Source of the DNA: Mobula hypostoma
Taxonomy: Eukaryota
Direction: 5' to 3'
DNA length: 64,000 bases
Assembly: GCF_963921235.1 (NCBI RefSeq)
Contig: NC_086107.1
Span: forward strand, 109,804,001-109,868,000
The stretch's first letter is position 1. Each line of letters starts with the position of its first letter. The position numbers were made by a program, and so were the translations under genes. Under the pieces are notes generated by a model, which searched no databases, was not told the DNA's origin, and saw nothing but the letters and a program-made list of their open reading frames with translations. Positions 1-13,540 of the stretch are shown here, piece by piece.

Positions 1-518
1 GGCAATGAATTCCACAGATTCACCACCTCCTGGCTACAGAAATTCATCCTCCTCTCTGTTCTAAATAGACGTCCCTCTATTCTGAGGCTGTGCCCTCTGG
101 TCCTCGACTCCCCTAATGTAGGAAACATCCTCTCTAGTCCTGACTAAGGGTCTCGGCCCGAAACATCGACTGTACCTCTTCCTAGAGATGCTGCCTGGCC
201 TGCTGCGTTCACCAGCAACTCTTATGTGTGTTGCTTGAAACTCCAGCATCTGCAGATTTCCTCGTGTTAACGTCCTCTCTACGTCCACTCTACCTAAATC
301 TTTCAAAATTCGGTCTGCTTCAATGAGATTCGCCCCTTCATGCTCCTAAACTCCAGCGGGTTCAGGCCCAGAACCATCATGATTAACCCTTTCATTCCTG
401 GGATGATTCTCGTGAACCTCTCAAGTACCAACACCTCCTTTCCCTCTCCCCATGGGGGGGAGGGGGAGCTCGGTGCGGTATCCCGGCGGGACGATGCGCT
501 GCCCACAAACCAACTTAC

Positions 519-640
519 CCGGACCATGATCATCTTCTTGTTCCAGGGCCTACCATCGGGATCAGGCCAAAGCTCTCCAAAGCACAACCAAATCGTGTAC
601 TGCGGAGAGCCGCCGGTGGAGTTCACAAAGTCATGGAGCT
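519..640 (-). CDS. IRF3: IRF3 exon 8, IAD C-part; the final exon (pLxIS/serine cluster) lies outside the window
   Basis: Reads (E)[40 protein letters not shown]. cttcctctgcag| ... CGG|gtaagt; 122 nt, phase 1 to 0. Confidence 0.93.
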
Positions 641-2373
641 CTGCAGAGGAAGAGTAGAATTTAGTCATTCAATCCGGGCCGCCAGTGGCTTTAAACATCT
701 TTCAAATCTGCTGAAGTAGGTGTGGGTCCCCTTCCTGGACAACTGCTCTCTGCCTGGTGAAGGTGGTCCCAGGCTAGCTGGGAGGAAACACCAGAATTTA
801 CACCGGTAACAATGAGAGACCAGAAATATACTCAGACACCACTTTATAAGGTACACCTGATCCCAGGAGATCAGCAGTTTCTGAGATACTCAAACCACCC
901 CATCTGGCACCGACAATCATCTCACAGTCAAAGTCACAAAGATCACGTATCTTCCCCATTCTGATGTTTGGTCTGAACAACAACTGAACCTCTTGACCAT
1001 GTTGGCATGCTTTCACGCACTGAGTTGCTGCCACATGATTGGCTGATTAGTTATTTGCAACAACGAGCAGGTGTACCTAATAAAGTGGCCACCGGGCGTA
1101 TGTTCGAATTGCACTGTATTTTGTAGGTGGAACACAAAGCTGACACAAGAGTGGGGTGAGTGAATTCTGATGGTGGTGAATGAGGTACCAATCAACAGAA
1201 CGTCTCTGTCTGAGGTGGTTCTGTTTGTCCCAGGGTTATTGGAGTTGTGTTCACCCAGGTAAGTAGAAATTATCCTGCTTCACAGCTGGCCTGAAATGGA
1301 CTTCATCAAGCAGTCCTTAGGCTGTAACCTGAAACTGAAGGTGGGCACTCGAATATGGTTCATGTACCCAATGCTCTAGATGGTGGGATGGAGATACGTC
1401 TCACCAATGGAGGTGTAAGGCACTCCTTCCCTCCGCTAGCCTCCACCTGCTTAGCCCCCCAATCAGGGTCACGTCAAGCCATGGGAGCAGGTGGTGGATG
1501 GTCGTATGAGCAACCGGTGCAGATCACAAGTCCTGGTTATGCGACCGCTGACGCCAGGCAGACAATCTCTGAAGAGTATTGATAATGGCTGGGGTCACCC
1601 GATTTGTAAAGACACCGTCCAGAACGAGGCAATGGCATATCACTACTGTAGAAAAATTTGCCAAGAACGATCATGGTCATGGAAAGGCGCCGTATTGCAC
1701 AGCTGATAACGAGCGAATAAACCCAACGTTACCCATTTCACAACATACAGCCTACTGGCTTGCAGCTAAGGGAATCCGGCCTGAGTTACACACACAAAAT
1801 GCCGGAGGAAATCAGCAGGTCAGGGAGCATCTACAGAAAAGAATAAACAGTTAACCATTTGGGCCGAGACCCCTCTTCAGGACAGGAAAGGAAGGGGAAG
1901 ACACCAGAATGAAATGGTGGGAAAGGGGAAGGAGGACAAGCTAGGAGATGCAGGTGAAGCCAGGAGGGTGGGAAAGGTAAAGGGCGGGAGACAAAGGAAT
2001 CTGAGAGGAGAGAAGAGTGGACCATGGGAGAGAAGGAAGCAGGAGGGAGGTGACAGGCAGTCGAGGAGAAGAGTTAAGAGGCCAAAGTCGGAATAGAAGA
2101 AGAGGGACTGAAAAAAATTACCAGAAAGAGAAATCGATGTTCATGCCATCAGGTTGGAAGCTTCCCAGACAAAATATGAGGTGTTGCTCCACCTCCTGGA
2201 GTAGGGCAGAATGGCCTTTGTCCATGTCATATTCCCTTATATTCAGAATCTTTCAAATGTGACCCGATGCAGGTCAACATCTGACATGTGACCTTTGAGC
2301 CAATGGCGCAATGGACACGCGCCGGCTGTCTTGACATTGCTCTGGAGACCACCATGCTATGGACTTCACCCAC

Positions 2374-2742
2374 CTTTGCTGAATTTCGCCAGGCCATGGA
2401 GGACAGTGAAGCTCCTGCTCGAAATTTCCTGAGGCTCGCAACTGGTGGGGTCTTGACCCACTGACCAGAAGACCTTACAGCTGCCGTAGCGCTGGACGTA
2501 AATCTGGTTCTGCTGTACCTCCAGCGTCAGTCCCTGGCCAACTCGCTCCAGCAGTTTGTTGGTGTACTTGATCTGCCGCTGGTCACTCAGCGGCGTCGAG
2601 GTGGGATCTGGGAACCAGACGTCCTGCAGGTAGGGGAAGGAGGACTGCGAGGAGTAGGAAAGACGGAAGCCGTTGGGGTTCCTCACTATTTCCTTCTGGA
2701 CCTTTCTGCCGCGATAGTAGATCGAGACTTCAAAGTCCGTCA
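2374..2742 (-). CDS. IRF3: IRF3 exon 7, IRF association domain (IAD)
   Basis: Reads (V)TDFEVSIYYRGRKV...VWFPDP...LSDQRQIKYTNKLLERVGQGLTLEV...IYVQRYGSCKVFWS, a classic IAD sequence. tttctctttgcag| ... AAAG|gtgggt; 369 nt, phase 1-1. Confidence 0.95.
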
Positions 2743-5700
2743 CTGCAAAGAGAAACGAGTTCTACCTCAATGTCTCTTCCAAAGCATTCAGTGTTAACAG
2801 ACTGCTTCCAGCCAAATTTGGGTCCGGAATTCTCAACCCATGGCATAACACGGGCAGTGCGGTAATGTAGCGGTTAACGCAACGTCTTACGGTACCAACG
2901 ATCACCGATCGGGGTTCAATTTCTGCCACTGTCTGTAAGTCTCCTGTGACTACACCAGTTTCCTCTGAATATAAAAGCAAGGATGTAATGTTGTAACTTT
3001 ATAAGGCATTGGTGAGGCCTCACTTGGGAGAACTGTGAGCAGGTTTGGGTCTCTATCTTAGAAAGGAAGTGGACAGGGTTCGGAGGAGGCTCACGAAAAT
3101 GATTCCAGGATTGAATGGTTTGTCATATGAAAAGCACTTGATGGCTCTGGGCCTGTACTCAATGGAATTCAGGTGGTGACCAATTTGAAACCTATCGAAT
3201 GATGACAGGTCTCGACAGAGTGGACGTGGAGAGGATGTTTCCTATGGTGGCAGAGTCTAAGACCAGAGTTCACAGCCTCAGAATAGGGGGGCGTCCTTTT
3301 AGAAAGGAGATGAAGAGGAAGTTCTTTGGCCAGAGAGTGGTGAATCTGTGGAATTTGTGGCCACAAGCGGCAGTGGAGGCCACCTTTATGTATATTTAAG
3401 GCAGAGGTTGATAGATTCTTGATTGCTCCGAGCGTGAAGGGATACGGGGAGACGGCAGGAGGTTGGGGCTGAGAGGGACAACGGATCAGCCATTATGAAA
3501 TGGTGGAGCCGACTCGATGGGCCAAACGGCCTGATTCTGCTCCTGTATCTTACGGAATCCTGGTCTCACAGCTGTTGCTGTGAAGCGTTACGCCAGTCAC
3601 TACGCTGCCGTGCACATGCAACTCAGACTAAAACAGAGAGATAGATGCTATGCCACAGCAGTATAACCAAACCTCAGTATTGTGAAAACAACAGGCTACA
3701 AAGCCCACTTACAAAATGCTATCAACGTCAGTGTTGTGCCAGTGAAAACACATCACTTTTAAGAAGAGGCACTTCACACTGGTGCCATGGTAACGTAGTA
3801 GTTAGAGCAACGCTATTACACCTCAGGGCATTCCGAAGTCCAGAGCTCAATTCTGGCGCCATTCTGTAAGGAGTCCCTGTACGTCCTCCCCATGGAATGC
3901 GCGGGTTTTCTCCGACAGTCCGAAGAGCATAGAAGAGTTTACAATTATATAAAGCCCAGGCATTCGGAGGGCACACCACTACTGAACAGTGCACGGATGA
4001 TGTCTCCTCGCACGGTGACCAAACGTTTGCAAATGCATTGCCGAGATTGGAGAACAGCTCAAGCCCAAGTCCAGAGACCCGCCGGGTAGGTCAACTGGTC
4101 ATCGCAAACTGCCCCGTGATTAGTTTAGGGCTAATCGGGGTTTGTCGGGGGTTGCTGGGGCGGGGTGTGGCTCGAAAGGAATGGGGAAGGCCGACTCCAC
4201 ACTCTATCGCTTAACAAGCAGTTCACTCCAGAAACTCAACCTAGCATCTCAAAGCACACGTTGCACCCAACGCACTTTCTGCAAAGAGCGCACAGCATTC
4301 CCCGTGGAACGCTCCTTTTCCTAGAGGAATGTTAACACCTGACTCAGGAATTCTATCACCAAGCGAAGTTTGGGGTGGTACAAGAAAAAGAGAAGAAAAA
4401 GGGTGAAATAGGGAGAGAGCGAACAACTATCTCAAACTCAGAGCCACTATCCCATGAGATTGGTTGCAACTAGAATTACAGGTCAGAATCAGAATCAGGT
4501 TTACTATCACCGGCATGTGTTGTAAAATTTGTTAACTTAGCAGCAGTACTTCAATGAAATACATAATATAGAAGAAAAATAAATAAATTACAGTATATGT
4601 ATATTGAATAGATTAAAAATCGAGCAAAAACAAACAATATACATTAAAAAAGTGAGGTGGTGTTCATAGGTTCAATGTCCGTTTAGGAATCAGATGGCAG
4701 AGGGGAAGAAGCTGTTCCTGAATCGTCATAGGTTAAGGGTGGAAGGTGAAATACTTAAAGAAAACCTGAGAGGAAACGTCTTCATTCAGAGGATGGTACA
4801 AGCACAGAGTGAGCTGCCAGTAACATTAAAGAGAAGTTTGGAGGGCTATGGTCAAGGAGCAGGTAGATGGGAATCGGCCGGAGCTCCCAAAGTTTTTTAA
4901 TGTCATGGACCAGTACCATTAAGCAAGGTGTCTGTAGACCCCAGGTTGGGAACCCCTGGACTAGGCAGAAAAACAAGTCAGCATGGACTAGATGGGCTGA
5001 AGGGCCTGTTTCTGTGGTGTGATGCTCTATCACTCCACGGCTAACGATAAGGTACTTTGCAAAGAGTTCTGGCATCTAGAGGTGGGGGGAACGGAGCGGA
5101 CAGCAACACGTGTGCCGCAGCTGAGGGGAAGTGCTGGGGACACTCAGTGGGTCAGGCAGCGTCTGAGAGGGAAAACGAGAAAACAAGTTAGCCTGGCAGA
5201 GTTTCTACGCTGGAGATACCAAGGTTCAGATCCGCTGACACCACCTTTCATTGCTTCCAGTTGCCAAAATCTTTCTATCTTCCATTTCCCTCCCACCCTA
5301 ACCTGTTCGTCTGCAGTCCAACAAAAGTTTGGGGAACACCATGTTCCATTCAGACCCTATTGTGGTTCCAGTACTAAATTCAGCAATTTCAGGTAACACA
5401 ACTTTCCTAAACTGAGCAGTTCTCTCTTCACAAACCCGGCCTAATTTATTGGTTTAGAGATACACGGTGCTACCGGCCCTTCGAGCCACGTCTCCCAGCA
5501 ACCCCCCGATTTAACACTAGCCTAATCACAGGACAATTTACGATGACTGACCGGCATGTCTTTTGGACCGTGAAACCAGAGCACCCAGAGAAAACCCACG
5601 CACTCCACGGGGAGGACGTACAAGTTCATGACAGATGACATCGGAATTGAACTCTGAACTCTAGTGTCGCACTAACCGCGAATGATGAACCGCCCATTTC

Positions 5701-7085
5701 TGCCGTTCCCCCTTCCCAACAGATTCCAACAGCAGATCAGGCGGGACCTGCATTTCACATCTCTCTCCAGGACTCAACAACCTGATGAAGACAGAGCTCT
5801 GTAAACGGCAGGATGAGATGAGAATTCCAGCCTCCCTCCAACGGGAAGACCCCCTTTATCCTGTTCAGCACGACTTGGCCTCCAGAGCTGCCTGTGGCAA
5901 TGAACTGCAGAGATTCACCACTCTCTTGCAAAAGAAATCCCTCCTCGTCTCTGTTCTAAAAGGATACCCCTCTATTCTGAGGCTGCGTCCTCCGGTCCTA
6001 GACTCTCCCACTATTGGAAACATCCTCTTCACATCCATTCCGTCAAAGCTTTTTGCCATTTGATAGGTTTCAATTAAGTCACCCCCTCATTCTTCTGGCC
6101 CAGAACCATCAAATGCTCTTCACATGACAAGCTGTACAATCCTGGAATCATTTTTTGTGAATCAGTTTTGCAGAGGGAACTTACAAGGATGTTGCCTGGA
6201 TTGGAGAGCATGCCTTATGAGACTAGGTTGAGTGAACTTGGCCTTTTCTCCTTGGAGCAGCAGAGGATAAGGGGTGACCTGATAGAGGTGTATAAGATCG
6301 TGTGGATTGCCAGCGGCTTTTTCCCCAGGGCTAAAATAACTAACACGAGGGGACATAGTTTTAAGGTTCGTGGAAGCAGGTACAGAGGGGATGTCAGGGG
6401 TAAGTTTTTCACACAGAGTGGTGGGGTGCATGGAATGCACTGCTGGCGACAGTGGTGGAGGCGGATACAATAGGGTCTTTAAAGAGCCTTTTAGATAGGT
6501 ACATGGAGCTTAGAAAAATAGAGGGCTATGCGGTAGGGAAATTCTAGGCAGTTTCTAGAATAGGTTACGTGGTCGGCACAACATTGCGGGCCGAAGGGCC
6601 TGTTATGTGCTGTAGTTTTCTATGTTCTATATTCTATGAACACGCTCCAGTGCCAGCATTTCCTGTCTTAGTTAAGGGGCCGCAAATTGGCTCATGATAC
6701 TCCAAGTGAGGCCTCACCGGTGCCTTATAAAGTCTCGACTTTACATCCTTGCTTTTATATTCTGGTCCTCTCGAAATGAATGCTGACATCGCATTTGCCT
6801 TCCTCACCATCGACTACACCTGCAAATTAACCCTTAGAGAATGCTGCACAAGGACCCCCAAGTCCCTTTGCGCCTCAGATTTATGAATTTTCTCTCCTGG
6901 TCAGCTGCCAGTTTGCAGCTTTTCCTTTTATTTCTGGTTTCCAGCATCTGCAGTTTTATTTTCCATTTTGCCATCACACGATCAGCAGAGCTACGGGCTA
7001 CGACTGGCTAGGGACTAACTCCGCCAGCTGAACACGCACTCAAGCAACGCACGGGGCGACGGTGAAACCAAAGGTGGGGACTAAC

Positions 7086-7331
7086 CGAGCACCCGGTCCG
7101 GAAAATACTCCTTCATCTGTGCTTTGAACTCGGTCGTGCTCGGAATCATGGCACTGGGGTTTACGTCCAGGGTCGGCGTTGCCCAAGCGCCGTCTGCCGC
7201 CGCGCCAAGGTCAGGCAGAGGGGTTGGGTTTGCTTGGCTCTGACTAGCTGGAGGCATAGCTTGGAATGGAGAATAGCTGGGGATATTCAGCGCCAGCCCC
7301 GCGTCATCCAGAGGCACTTGATTACTGGGTC
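7086..7331 (-). CDS. IRF3: IRF3 exon 6 (proline-rich linker to IAD)
   Basis: ctctcttatttcag|GA CCC... reads (G)PSNQVPLDDAGLALNIPSYSPF...EFKAQMKEYFPDRVL, ending CTCG|gttagt. 246 nt, phase 1-1, open frame. Confidence 0.85.
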
Positions 7332-7408
7332 CTGAAATAAGAGAGGCAACGTTAGATTGGCTTGCAGATATCCCACTCAATCTAAGGCACTGCCAAGATG
7401 TCAATTCT

Positions 7409-9017
7409 TTTTTTTTGTAATTTATTTTTTATTGAATTTCATCATCAAACAAACATCTCCATATGATGTATTTCAGATACTGTACATATAATCATATTTG
7501 TCACAAATCTCCACATAATATTTATCTGAGGTATACACTTATAGAAAGGAGAGGAAAGAAAGAACAATCAAAAGAAGAAAACTATGTACAAAGTAGGAAG
7601 TGATCTTTTTTTTACAACATATTCATTGACTTGTGAGAATAAAATCAGGCCTATGAGGTGTTATGTAGTTAAACCATTTTTTTCCAGCATGAATAAAATT
7701 GTTCCAACTTATGATTAACAGATGCTGTTATCTTCTCCATTTTGTAAATGTCCATTGTAATTTCCATTCATACATTTAGAGCTGGGCTCTCCTGTGATAA
7801 CCATTTCCTGGTAAGAGTCTTTTTACCAGACACCAGCAGTACATTCATTAAATATTTATCTCTTTTCAACCATTCTTGAGGTATATACTCAAATTAATGG
7901 TCTTACTCTCGAAGGGTATTTCACATTTAAAGATGTCTTGTAGGGCATTATGTATCCCACTCCAATAGCCTTTGATAACAGGGCATTCCCAGAAAATATG
8001 ATAATGGTTTGCATTTTGATTTCCACAATTTCTCCAGCAAACAGGGGGGTTGTTATAGAAAAGTACAGCACAGCACAGGCCCTTTGGCCCGCAATGTTGT
8101 GCTGACCCTCAAACCCTGCCTCCCATATAAGCCCCCACCTTAAATTCCTCCATATACCTGTCCAATAGTCTCTTAAAACTTCACTAGTGTATCTGCCTCC
8201 ACCACTGACTCAGGCAGTGCATTCCACGCACCAACCACTCTCTGAGTTAAAAACCTTCCTCTAATATCCCCCTTGAACTTCCCACCCCTTACATTAAAGC
8301 CATGTCCTCTTGTATTGAGCAGTGGTGCCCTGGGGAAGAGGCGCTGGCTATCCACTCTATCTATTCCTCTTATCATCTTGTACACCTCTGTCATGTCTCC
8401 TCTCATCCTCCTCCTCTCCAAAGAGTAAAGCCCTAGCTCCCTTAATCTCTGATCATAATGCATACTCTCTAAACCAGGCAGCATCCTGGTAAATCTCCTC
8501 TGTACCCTTTCCAATGCTTCCACATCCTTCCTATAGTGAGGCGACCAGAACTGGACACAGTACTCCAAGTGTGGCCTAACCAGAGTTTTATAGAGCTGCA
8601 TCATTACCTCGCGACTCTTAAACTCTATCCCTCGATTTATGAAAGCTAACACCCCATAAGCTTTCTTAACTACTCTATCCACCTGTGAGGCAACTTTCAG
8701 GGATCTGTGGACATGTACCCCCAGATCCCTCTGCTCCTCCACACTACCAAGTATCCTGCCATTTACTTTGTACTCTGCCTTGGAGTTTGTCCTTCCAAAG
8801 TGTACCACCTCACACTTCTCCGGGTTGAACTCCATCTGCCACTTCTCAGCCCAATTCTGCATCCTATCAATGTCTCTCTGCAATCTTTGACAATCCTCTA
8901 CACTATCTACAACACCACCAACCTTTGTGTCATCTGCAAACTTGCCAACCCACCCTTCTACCCCCACATCATAATGGGATTTCTGAGAGGGTGTAATAAA
9001 ATATCTCATCAAGTTTT
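7409..9017 (-). mobile_element. 5'-truncated L1/Tx1-type LINE with poly(A) tail, interrupted by a CR1
   Basis: 14-bp TSD AAGATGTCAATTCT (7395-7408 and 9018-9031). Minus strand encodes a CWRNCGNQNANHYHIFWEC zinc knuckle and ORF2 C-terminus, followed by AATAAA and an A tail. Confidence 0.85.
8055..8968 (-). mobile_element. CR1 LINE 3' fragment (RT C-terminus, frame intact)
   Basis: KFADDTKVGG...NWAEKWQMEFNPEKC...[20 protein letters not shown], plus CR1 3' UTR. Confidence 0.92.
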
Positions 9018-11232
9018 AAGATGTCAATTCTGGATGACCTGTCACCTGCAACCCTTCTAGACATGGATAAGCAGGGCATGACAGACTTCCCACGGACAGA
9101 TCACAGGCACCCAAAGTTCACGTTACACAGAACATAAACATAACAGTACAGTACAGGCCCTTCAGCCCACAATGTTCTGCCGGATTTTAATCTACTCTAA
9201 GATCTACCTAACCCTTCCTTTCTTCATAGCCCTCCAGTTTTCTTTCCTCCATGTGCCTATCTAAGAGTATCTTCAATGCCCCCTTAAGTATTACCCTATC
9301 AACTTGGATGGCAAATTCAAGGGGTCTTTACATGTCTTCCCAAAGCTGAGATCAGGGCACCAAGCAGCCTGACCGCTGGGGTTCTCAATCATTCTGTTTT
9401 TCTGAACGGGGAACCTGTGTGATTCTAGGAGGAAACTTCTTCCATGAGTGTCCCTAACTCAGCTGAACTGTCCCTCACCTCACCCGTCATTCCCCTCCCT
9501 TCTCCTACCTCCGACAACAGAGCTTGCTATTCAGTAGAGAGAAAGGGAAGCTTCTATCTCCTGTGCCCACTGCTTTTCTTCCCCCACCCCCATCAGCGGC
9601 TGAGGCAAGATTCTGGTCCCCAATAACATGAGGAAGAGAGGAGGCCATTCAGCCCATTGTGTGTGTTCCTTTAATGAATGGAAGGGCGGATAGTGTGTTC
9701 GGTTTCCTCAGTTCGTACTAACCAGAACCTTGCCTAGGCTAAGGTTCCCAGTGGTTGGTATCAAAATTGTCAGTGGCACAGTAGCGTTATGCTACTGCAG
9801 CGCCAGGGACACGAGTTCAATTCCAGCCGCTGTCTGTACGTTCTCATGACCGCGTGGGTTTCCTCCAGGTGCTCTGGTTTCCTCCCACAGCCCAAAGACG
9901 TACGGGTGAGTAGGTTCATTGGTCACATGGGTAACTGGATGGCCAGAAGGGCTGGTTACTGTGCTGTATCTCTAAATGGGGTGCCTAGGGAGGGGTAACA
10001 CCGAACACACAAAATGCTGGAGGAATCAGAGGGTCAGGCGGCATCTACGGAGGGGAATAAAGCAGCTGACAGAGGAGGGGCACACGAGGGAGGTGATCAG
10101 AGCCGAGAAGAAAAAGGGAAGGAGGAGGGAAATGGAAAAGGAGAGAAGTGGTTCCATTTCCCATTCTGGCACCCCTCCTCCTTCTCCTTTTCCCATGGTC
10201 CACTCTCCTCTCCTCTCCTCTCCCATCAGGTTCCTCCCTCTTCAGTCCTTTACATTTTCCACCTATCACCTCCCAACTTCTCGCTTTATTCCCCCTCCTC
10301 CACTTGGCTTCGTCTATTGCTGCCAGCTTGTACTCCTTCCCCTCCCCCCACCTTCTTTTCCGGCTTCATCCCCCTGTCCTTTCCAGTCTCGATGAAGGTC
10401 TCGGCCCGAAACGTCAACTGTTTATTCCCCTCCGTAGACTCTGCCTGACTTACTGAGTTTCTCCAGCACTTTGTATGTGTTACCTGGATTTCCAGCATCT
10501 GCAGAAACTCATGTTTATGATCTCACTAAACTTTTTTTCTTTGAACTCTCTCCATTGAAAGCCAAAGCTGGCATCTATGCCTAAACGGCACCAATTGCCA
10601 GGGGTGGCCACAGCGAACGGAGGCACACATAGTGGTTAGCACGGAGTTTTACAGGACCAGGGACCCAGATACAATTCCTGCCACTGCCTGTAAGGAGTTT
10701 GTACGCTCTTCCCGCGACGCGTGGGTTTCCTCCGGGTGCTCTGGTTTCCTCCCACAGTCCAAAGATGTACGGTCGGTAGGTTAACTGTAAACTGTGCCAT
10801 GATAAGGCTAGGATTTGTAAACACAAAATAATCTGCAGATGCTGGGGTCAAAGCAACACTCACAACACGCTGACGAACTCAGCAGGTCGGGCAGCATCCG
10901 TGGAAACGATCAGTCAACGTTTCGGGCCGGAACGTCGACCAATCGTTTCCACGGATGCCGCCTGACCTGCTGAGTTCCTCCAGCGTGTTGTGAAGGCTAG
11001 GATTTGATTGGCTGGGCGGCATGGCTCGAAGGGCCCATTTTCAACTCCACCTGAATAACTCACTGAAGCGTTTCAGAAGTACGGTACAGTTTTCCATCTG
11101 TTGCTCGCCCTGCCTCTGTCCTAACCACACTGTAAAATGGAGACTTGGAGCAGTGATGTACGATTCACCTGATGGTTCAGTGGCCCAGCAACAGAAGCAG
11201 ACCCAAGACAAAATCGAACATCATCTAGGTAC

Positions 11233-11284
11233 CTGGTATTTGGCTGAAAATCCTCAGACCACTCAGACTGCTCTCCAGAGTTGC
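11233..11284 (-). CDS. IRF3: IRF3 exon 5 (putative NES-containing mini-exon)
   Basis: cttttgttatttcccgcag|GCA... reads ATLESSLSGLRIFSQIP(G), ending CCAG|gtacct. 52 nt, phase 0 to 1, supplying the phase bridge needed between exons 4 and 6. LESSLSGLRI fits the L-x3-L-x2-L-x-I NES pattern at roughly the position of the IRF3 NES. Confidence 0.7.
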
Positions 11285-12775
11285 CTGCGGGAAATAACAA
11301 AAGAGACGATTACACACAAACCACGGAGGCAGGAGGCTGCTTGGATTAAAGCAGCAGCCATCATCAGGGACCCCCACCATCCAGGTCATGCTCTCTTCTC
11401 GCTGCTGCCATCAGGAAGAAGGTGCAGGAGCCTCGGGACCCACACCACCAGGTTCAGGGACAGTCATCACCCCTCAACTATCAGGCTATCGAACCAGAAG
11501 AGATAACTTCATGCAACTTCACTCTCCCCATCATTGAACTGTTTCTACAATCTATGGACTCACTTTGAAAGACTCTTCATTTCATTTCCTCGATATTTAT
11601 TGCTTATTTATTATTATTTCTCTCATTTTTATTTCCACAGTTTGTTGTCTTTTGCACATTGGTCGTTGGGTGCGGTATTTTACTGATTCTGTTAAGGTTC
11701 TTGCATTTACTGAATATGCCAGCAAGAAAATGAATCTCGGGGATGTACAGTACCCATCATCATAGCTTGTCGCACCAGACAGCCAGCCACTCTAGTGTTG
11801 TTTGGTTCATGCTGAGCAGGTCAGCGTCAGCTAAATCAGGTGAGAGTGGGCAGTTGTGCAGAACTTGTTCAAGGTACAGTACTGAACAACAGTCTTAGGC
11901 AGATATTTATAGCTAGGGTGCCTAGGACTTTTGCACAGGACTGTAGTGATTTTGTGTATTGCACTGTACAGCTGCGGCCAAAAAAAAATTCATGTCGTAC
12001 ATGAGTGATGATAAACCTGATTCTGATACGGGTCTCTATTGTGGACTGAGAGTGGGAAGGGGGCAGGGAGAGGGGAATCATGTTGGGAAAAGGGGAAGGG
12101 AGAGGGGAGGGAGCGGGAAGCACCAGAGAGACATTCTGTAGTGATGAATAAACCAATTGTTTGGAATCGTATGACGTTGCCTGGAGTCTCAGGGCTTGGG
12201 GTATGTCTGCACCCGTGCCTGGCACTCCTTCTCTACCACCTGTCCCACACCCCTCCCACGGCACTCCACCCTCGCCATTCCCAACGTCCTTTGCTCCTGC
12301 CAGATTAACAAACTCGCCCTCCATTCCACATTGACAAATATAATACCGTGCAAAAGTTTTAGGCTCCCTAGCTAAATATATGTGCATAAGATTTGTGCTC
12401 AGTTCTGTATGTCATCAGTGGGTTGCAGCACGATGCAACTCGAAGGCCGGAAGGACGGACGGGCCTGTTCCGTGCTGTACCTCTACATAAACACTAAGTG
12501 AATATGTTTCAATGTCTGTATTTCATCTTCTGCCCAGGCACGTCGCAGCATTCCGAAGTCGATATCAAATTCTCCAGTACTATACTTTGATAATTAATTT
12601 ACTTTGAACTTCTAATTTAGGTTGAGCAAGCTGGGGCTTTTCTCTTTAGGGCAGAGGAGGATGAGAGGAGACTTGATGGAGGTGTACAAGATGTTAACAG
12701 GCATAGACTGAGTGGACTCCCAGAAACTTTTCCCCAGGGAGGAAACGGCCAAAGCAAGGGGAGATCTTTTTAAGG

Positions 12776-13540
12776 CAGGGGTCCCCAACCTTTTTTGCAT
12801 CGCGGACCGGTTTAATATTGACAATATTCTTGCGGACTGGCCAACCGGGGGCGGGGGGGGGGGGTTCAAGTAGGGTTAAACTCAACATGTCTTTTACAGT
12901 TAGGGTTGCCAACTTTCTCACTCCCAAATAAGGGACAAATGTAGCAGTCAAATCCCGGGACACTTGTATTTACCCCAGGAAAGACTACCATGACCATGAA
13001 GCCTTGTGCGGGCACCTGTGTGCACATGTGTGACGTGCACATATATGTGACGTGCCCATGCGTGTACGTGCCGATTTTTTTCCCCCACAAATCGGTCTTG
13101 GCATAATCTTCCCGACTACACTGTACATACATTATTTCTACTTTATCTATGTTGTGTATTTATCATATCATTCCTGCTTTTACTATATGTCAGTGTTATT
13201 TTCAGTTTTGTCTGTTATTTGGTATGATTTGGTAGGTTATTTTTTGGGTCTGGGAACGCTCAAAAATTTTCCCCATATAAATTAATGGTAATTGTTTCTT
13301 CACTTCACGCCATTTCGGCACGAAAGGTTTCATAGGAACGCTCTACCTTAGCGGGGGAAATACGGGACAAGAGCGGTCCCTTATGGGACAAACGAATTCA
13401 GCCCAATATACGGGACAGTTGGCAACTCTATGTTCAAGTTCAACAGTGCGTGACAGGGAATGAGGAAAGGTGCAGCTGACTCATCGTTTCCTCGCGGCCC
13501 GGTAGCACATGCTCTGTGGCCCAGTGGTTGGGGACCGCTG
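12776..13540. mobile_element. Non-autonomous hAT element with nested TIR element (12901-13430), inserted into a CR1
   Basis: TIRs CAGGGGTCCCCAAC / GTTGGGGACCGCTG; 8-bp TSD TTTTAAGG (12768-12775, 13541-13548); internal TAGGGTTGCCAACT...AGTTGGCAACTCTA. Confidence 0.85.

Noticed and set aside
8173..9012. 279-aa ORF as a host gene
   Set aside because: Chance in-frame junction of an L1 fragment (first ~15 aa) with CR1 reverse transcriptase.
9292..9415. Possible extra IRF3 exon
   Set aside because: Open only in phase 2-2, incompatible with the flanking phase-1 junctions; weak acceptor.
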